Below are positions 59,573-64,000 of a stretch of DNA of 64,000 nt, piece after piece. The stretch lies in NCBI GenBank assembly GCA_963832395.1, contig CAWHTV010000002.1, forward strand, positions 556,343 through 620,342. The letters are read 5' to 3'. A program made the position numbers and the translations under genes. A model generated the notes under the pieces. That model saw nothing but the letters and a program-made list of their open reading frames with translations. It searched no databases and was not told the origin of the DNA. How positions within the stretch are numbered: position 1 is the stretch's first letter; every line of letters starts with the position of its first letter. Source of the DNA: an uncultured delta proteobacterium. Lineage in GTDB: Bacteria; Desulfobacterota; Binatia; Binatales; Binataceae.

Positions 59573-59938
59573 TCATTCGGTTTGCTGCTGCTGCTTGAGC
59601 TGCTCGATCTGCTGGCGCTGCTGCTCGAGTTCCTGCTGCTGCTGTTGCATCTGGTTCTGGGTCTGCGCCTGCGCGTCCTGATTGTTCTGCATCGAGTTGC
59701 TGACGACGTAGCCGGTGCCCGCGCCCAGCGCGCCACCGATCGCGGCGCCGGCGCCCGGATGGCCAACTGCGGCGCCGATTATCGCTCCGGCACCGGCACC
59801 CAGCACGCCACCGCCCAGCGTTCCTTCCTCACGGGTCGACAATGGCTGCCCGCTGCATCCGGCCAGCGCAAAGGCCGCGATCAGCGCAAATGCCACTGCC
59901 GCCAATATGCCCTTGTTTGGGTTTCTGGATTGCTTCAT
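59573..59938 (-). CDS. Glycine-zipper lipoprotein with a Gln-rich coiled-coil tail, copy 2
   Basis: The start is ATG 59938 after GAGGAGA. It has the lipobox FALAGC, the same zipper, and the tail QQQQQELEQQRQQIEQLKQQQQTE*. Confidence 0.8.
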   Translation of the reverse strand: MKQSRNPNKGILAAVAFALIAAFALAGCSGQPLSTREEGTLGGGVLGAGAGAIIGAAVGHPGAGAAIGGALGAGTGYVVSNSMQNNQDAQAQTQNQMQQQQQELEQQRQQIEQLKQQQQTE

Positions 59939-59959
59939 GGGTCTCCTCTCATCGAACGA

Positions 59960-60307
59960 TTATTCCGTCTCCTGCTGCTGCTTGAGTTGCTGGATCTGTT
60001 GACGCTGTTGCTCGAGTTGCTGTTGCTGCTGCTGGATCTGACTTTGGGTCTGCGCCTGCGCGTTTTCGTTGTTCTGCATCGAGTTGCCGACCGCAAAGCC
60101 ACCAACGCCGCCAATCGCACCGCCGATAGCCGCGCCCGCGCCAGGTGCACCCACCGCAGCGCCAATAATCGCGCCGGTCGCTGCGCCCAATCCGCCGCCT
60201 ATAAGCGTGCCCTTTTCACGGGTCGACAACGGCTCCCCGGAACACCCCGCGACCAAAAGAGCCGCAGCCACCGCCACCAAGATTGTCGAGATCACGCCCT
60301 TGCGCAT
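59960..60307 (-). CDS. Glycine-zipper lipoprotein with a Gln-rich coiled-coil tail, copy 1
   Basis: The start is ATG 60307 after GAGGGGG. It has the lipobox LVAGC, the zipper GGGLGAATGAIIGAAVGAPGAGAAIGGAIGGVGGFAVG, and the tail QQQQQQLEQQRQQIQQLKQQQETE*. Confidence 0.8.
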   Translation of the reverse strand: MRKGVISTILVAVAAALLVAGCSGEPLSTREKGTLIGGGLGAATGAIIGAAVGAPGAGAAIGGAIGGVGGFAVGNSMQNNENAQAQTQSQIQQQQQQLEQQRQQIQQLKQQQETE

Positions 60308-60666
60308 CGCTCGCCCCCTCCTGTCTACGTAGAGTAAGGTCACTGGTTTCGCACCTTGTTTCGTCCCCTGACATATATCGCTTGATTGCTCTATCTGCCC
60401 CACCGGCTTTTGCCCCGAAGTATATTGAGCAGTTTTCATGCCGACCACGGCCATCCGTCTTTTACCCTTTTTTCTCGTCTCTTGCTTCCGACTGCAAACT
60501 CACAGTGGTGGCAATGCAACCGCTTTGGTGCACCTCTCAGGCAAACTTGTTACGCACAATTGGCCGCCCGACATGCTCGCGGCGCCATAACGCGCCCGGC
60601 CTCCAGGACGTTTCGGCGCCGAAGTCGGCTTCGTTCTCGACTAGTGGGAATCCGCGAGTGAGTCCC

Positions 60667-61533
60667 CTATGGGAGCACCGCGAAAATGCGTGCCGGCGCC
60701 CCCGTTCCCTTGTCGATCTTCATCGGAATGCAGAAGATCGTCGCGCCGCTGAACGGCAGCTTATCCGCATTGGCAAGGTTTTCAAATCCCACCCGATTGG
60801 CGCCGAGCCACATCCGATGGACCGGAAAGTCCTTGGAGTTCCCGGGGTCGAGGCTGGCAGTGTCGATCGCCAGCGCCATCACGTTCCGATCAGTCAGTAA
60901 AAATTTCACGGCTTCAGGCGAAAAGCCGGGAAAATGCAGGTGCGCGACGTCACCCGGCTTGTCGCTGCCGAGATAGTGCTTCTTGTCAGGCCAGAAGCGG
61001 CCCCATCCGGAGCGCCCCACCACGATCGCTCCCGAGGGAATCTCGCCGTGAGTTCTTTCGTAGGCGTGAATCTCCTCGACGGTCATCGTCGCGTCGGGGT
61101 AGTTGAGCGAACCCGCTGAGAAGTCGATTACCACCGCCGGCCCTACGAAGTAACTCATCGGCACCTGGTCGACCGACATCCCGTTGCGGTTGAAATGCAG
61201 CGGCGCGTCCATGTGCGTGCCGCCGTGCTCGGGCGCCGCGAACCTGGCCGAAGAGTAGAAATAACCGCCCGGCTGCATCCCGAACTTCTCGAACTTGTGC
61301 TCGAATCCGCCTTCGGTGGGCCAATAGATGGTCGAGGCGTCGAAGCTATAGGTCAGGTCGATAATTTTGGTCGAATCGCCGGTGATAGCGCCGGCGATTC
61401 GCGCCGGATTGGATAAGTCGCCCTGCGCCTGCGCGTTACCGGCCACCATCGCCACCAGGAGCACCGCCATCGCTGATGCCGCACCGACCATGCTCATCCT
61501 ACGCGTCCTCCATATCGTCGCGCGTATCACCAT
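60667..61533 (-). CDS. Secreted cyclase-family protein (kynurenine-formamidase-like)
   Basis: The ORF is intact at 288 aa. It has a signal peptide (AVLLVAMVAGNAQAQG) and the metal motif EHGGTHMDAPLHF. Confidence 0.75.
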   Translation of the reverse strand: MVIRATIWRTRRMSMVGAASAMAVLLVAMVAGNAQAQGDLSNPARIAGAITGDSTKIIDLTYSFDASTIYWPTEGGFEHKFEKFGMQPGGYFYSSARFAAPEHGGTHMDAPLHFNRNGMSVDQVPMSYFVGPAVVIDFSAGSLNYPDATMTVEEIHAYERTHGEIPSGAIVVGRSGWGRFWPDKKHYLGSDKPGDVAHLHFPGFSPEAVKFLLTDRNVMALAIDTASLDPGNSKDFPVHRMWLGANRVGFENLANADKLPFSGATIFCIPMKIDKGTGAPARIFAVLP

Positions 61534-61556
61534 ACGCGCCCTACGCGACTATCACT

Positions 61557-63317
61557 TTACCAGCCGATCGCCTGCGCCGGCATCAGCGGCGCAATCTGGC
61601 CGCGCGGGTCGGCTCCTGCCGTCAGGCGCCCTCGCGCATCGTCCAGCCCTACCGCGAGCACGTTGCCGTCGCACCAGGGCGGACGCGTCTCGACCTTGTG
61701 GCCACGCGCCGCGAGCTCGGCGCGCACACGCTCGTCGATCCGGCTCTCCACGCGCAACAGCCCCGGCGAAGCGTCGTGCGGGTAGAACGACGAAGGGGCA
61801 TGCATGCACGAGTACCGCGGCGCCTCGATCGCCTGCTGCAAATCCATCCCGAATTCGGCCACGTTGAGGAAAAATTGCAGCGTCCACTGGTCCTGCTGAT
61901 CGCCGCCCTGGGTGCCGAACGCGATCCATCGGCCGTCGCGCATCACCGCCAGCGACGGCGTCAGCGTCGTCCGCGGGCGCTTGTGCGGCGCAAGTGCGTT
62001 GGGATGGCGCTCGTCGAGATAGAAGGTCTGCAGGCGCGTACCAAGCGGAACACCCAGCGCGTCGGCGACCGGCGAGCTGCGCAACCATCCGCCGCTCGGA
62101 GTGATCGCAATCACATTGCCCTGGCGATCGGCCGCGTCGACATGCGTGGTGCCTGCGCCCCACGAGCGCGCTTGTATCGATGCGCCCAGCTCGGCGCGCA
62201 TCGCACGCGGATCGCCCGGCCGCAGTTCCATCGAGGCGCGCTTCGGATCGATCAGCGCGCGGCGCAGCACCGCGTAGCGCTCCGAGAACAACTCTTTGAG
62301 CGGTACGTCCGCGAATTCGGGGTCGGCATAGTAGGCCTCGCGGTCGGCGAACGCGAGCTTGGCCACCTCGACCAGCGTATGCAGATAGGCGGCCGAGTTG
62401 TGCCCCATCGCGGCAAGGTCGAAGCCCTCCAGCAGCGCGAGCTGCTGCAGGAAGACCGGTCCCTGCGACCACGGTCCGCATTTGAACACGGTTGCGCCGC
62501 GGTAGGTGCGGCTGGTCGGCTCCTCGATCCGGGTCGTGAACGTGGCGAGGTCCTCGAGCGCCAGCAGGCCGCCGTGAGCATCCGAATGCGCGACGATCTC
62601 ATGCGCGATGTCGCCGCGATAGAAGCGCTCGACCGCCGCGCGAACTCCGGCCTCGCGCCCGCCGTTGCGCGCGCCGGCTTCGGCGTCGAGCAGGCGGCGG
62701 AAAAGATTCGCCAGCGCGGGATTCCTGATGATGTCGCCCGAGCGTGGAAGTTCGCCGCCGGGCAGGTAGATGCGCGCGCTCGATGGCCATCGCCCGCGAT
62801 ATAAGTCGGCGTTGCCGTGGATCGAGCTGAGTCCGAGACCGGGAACGTCGGTCGAGTCGCTGTCGCCGCACAGGCCCGGATGCATCGGGAAGCCGTCTTC
62901 GCATAGCGCTAGCGCCGGGCCGGCGACTTCGGCGAGCGATTTGGTGCCGAAGTTCTCCAATGCGCATGCAAACGCGCCGAAAGCCGCCGGTACTCCAGCG
63001 GCGAGCAATCCTTCACCCGGAACGAGCTCCAGCCCGAGCGCCCGGTAATGAGCGATCGTGGCGCGCGCGGGCGCCATCGTATTGCCGTTGACCGAAACCA
63101 GCCGCTGGCTCGGCCCCACCCGGATGAGCATCGGCGCCTCGCCACCGATCGTGTGCATGTGGGGATTGACGACTCCCTCGACCAGGGCCGCCGCGACAGC
63201 GGCATCGATAGCGTTGCCGCCGCGATCGAAGATGCGGGCGCCAGCGGCGGCCGAGAGGTAGTGCTCAGTGGAGACCATCGCCTCACGGCCCATAATCAGC
63301 GGATATAGCGTTGACAT
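61557..63317 (-). CDS. ggt: Gamma-glutamyltransferase
   Basis: The ORF is intact at 586 aa. It reads GGNAIDAAVAAAL..., with the autoprocessing and nucleophile region GAGTTHVDAADRQGNVIAITPSGG. Confidence 0.9.
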   Translation of the reverse strand: MSTLYPLIMGREAMVSTEHYLSAAAGARIFDRGGNAIDAAVAAALVEGVVNPHMHTIGGEAPMLIRVGPSQRLVSVNGNTMAPARATIAHYRALGLELVPGEGLLAAGVPAAFGAFACALENFGTKSLAEVAGPALALCEDGFPMHPGLCGDSDSTDVPGLGLSSIHGNADLYRGRWPSSARIYLPGGELPRSGDIIRNPALANLFRRLLDAEAGARNGGREAGVRAAVERFYRGDIAHEIVAHSDAHGGLLALEDLATFTTRIEEPTSRTYRGATVFKCGPWSQGPVFLQQLALLEGFDLAAMGHNSAAYLHTLVEVAKLAFADREAYYADPEFADVPLKELFSERYAVLRRALIDPKRASMELRPGDPRAMRAELGASIQARSWGAGTTHVDAADRQGNVIAITPSGGWLRSSPVADALGVPLGTRLQTFYLDERHPNALAPHKRPRTTLTPSLAVMRDGRWIAFGTQGGDQQDQWTLQFFLNVAEFGMDLQQAIEAPRYSCMHAPSSFYPHDASPGLLRVESRIDERVRAELAARGHKVETRPPWCDGNVLAVGLDDARGRLTAGADPRGQIAPLMPAQAIGW

Positions 63318-63688
63318 GGCGTCTATAACGAGTACCTTGAAGATTGAGCGTCCGTTAACGATAAGCGGGGCTAATGGTGATTAGGTGGTGCTGCGGTACG
63401 GAAGTCCTCATCCCAAAACCGGTCCATCCCAAATCAGACCAACCTCTACCTGACTCGATTCAAGCCGCAAATCAAGAGCGCGTGTTGGCGCCGCCAGATG
63501 GTGATAATGGCCAAGGGCTGGGAACTCTGTAAAGGGCCCGGATTGTTTGGCTTTCCAAGCAAGCTGTGGACGAGAATCAAAGTTGGAGGCAGAGCGTCTA
63601 ATTAGTAGGCGCGATCATTGCTAATGTACCGGAGCAAAGCATGTCTCCAGTAGGCGGGCGGGGGAGATTGGCTGGTGGAAGGACAGCG

Positions 63689-63898
63689 ATGAACATGGAA
63701 AGTACAAATTTCGAGGCGGTGGTTGGGCGGCAATGTCGTTTGCTCAAGCCTGTACGAGACCATGAAGGGCTGAGCAGATTTAGCGAAAAACCTCGCATTC
63801 TGCGTTCCGTGGACAACCTCGGGCGCCGTATGCTGCTGGTGCAGTTTGACGACGGCGCGACCACCTTCTTGTTTCCGGACGAAGTGGTCGTCGAATAG
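63689..63898 (+). CDS. Small hypothetical protein (69 aa) in a lower-GC region
   Basis: ATG 63689 is preceded by GGAAGGA. The sequence is MNMESTNFEAVVGRQCRLLKPVRDHEGLSRFSEKPRILRSVDNLGRRMLLVQFDDGATTFLFPDEVVVE. I recognise no family. Confidence 0.35.
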   Translation: MNMESTNFEAVVGRQCRLLKPVRDHEGLSRFSEKPRILRSVDNLGRRMLLVQFDDGATTFLFPDEVVVE

Positions 63899-63920
63899 AC
63901 ACGCTGCCTGATTCGCAGGC

Positions 63921-63939
63921 GACCGCGTAATTCGCGGTC
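63921..63939 (+). terminator. Short hairpin after the small ORF
   Basis: GACCGCG-taatt-CGCGGTC lies 23 nt after the stop at 63898. The U-tract is weak. Confidence 0.3.
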
Positions 63940-64000
63940 AGCTCTGTTCGGATCCTTACCTTGGGGCATGAGGCTGACGCCACGTGCCCACAGTGTGCTT

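Overview
High-G+C bacterial chromosomal segment (roughly two-thirds G+C by eye, with several visibly lower-G+C pockets). It holds about 55 protein genes. I found no rRNA, tRNA or CRISPR array. About 35 reading-frame breaks interrupt clearly conserved genes, and every break I traced to the nucleotide sits in a homopolymer run. I therefore read this as an unpolished long-read or MAG-type assembly, not a pseudogene-rich genome. CDS coordinates below span the reconstructed genes. Content from left to right: (1) 0-20 kb: an acyl-CoA, lipid and aromatic catabolism block. It contains a desaturase, a VOC protein, a single-chain BC-BCCP-CT acyl-CoA carboxylase, an MBL hydrolase, a quinone reductase, an HpaB-type monooxygenase, a family III CoA-transferase, a GST, an acyl-CoA dehydrogenase, an ABM protein plus a disulfide reductase, two tandem esterases and a low-GC CYTH-like gene. 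(2) 20.4-28.8 kb: a non-canonical Complex I cluster with only the hydrophilic subunits, in the order nuoB-nuoG-[MFS permease]-nuoI-nuoC-nuoD-fused nuoEF-orphan ORF. (3) 29-34 kb: an amidohydrolase, gmd, a cupin and a WecA-like fusion. (4) 34-37.6 kb: DUF3501, an HdrD-like Fe-S protein and rubrerythrin, with a perfect Fur-family 7-1-7 box that is abutted by a truncated IS3-family element. (5) 37.8-54.8 kb: a GAF-PAS-PAS histidine kinase, metH, DUF1499, an LLM oxidoreductase, a DAO-type oxidase plus D-aminoacylase, hisH-hisF-ribH (archaeal type), a MerR-TPR protein, threonine dehydratase, tatD and nnrU. (6) 54.9-64 kb: two tandem AhpD/CMD-family genes (one has an in-frame TGA at the CxxC position plus a SECIS-like hairpin), a low-GC Cys-rich secreted protein, an ECF sigma factor translationally coupled to an MGMT/Ada-Zn fusion protein, three tandem glycine-zipper/Gln-rich lipoprotein genes, a cyclase and gamma-glutamyltransferase. 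The best candidates for something new are the membrane-arm-less nuo cluster with its embedded MFS gene, the ECF sigma/MGMT-Ada pair, the CxxU selenoprotein candidate, the triplicated Q-rich lipoprotein array, and a recurring 14-nt tandem motif placed right after stop codons at two loci. All functional calls rest on motif recognition by eye. No database search was run.
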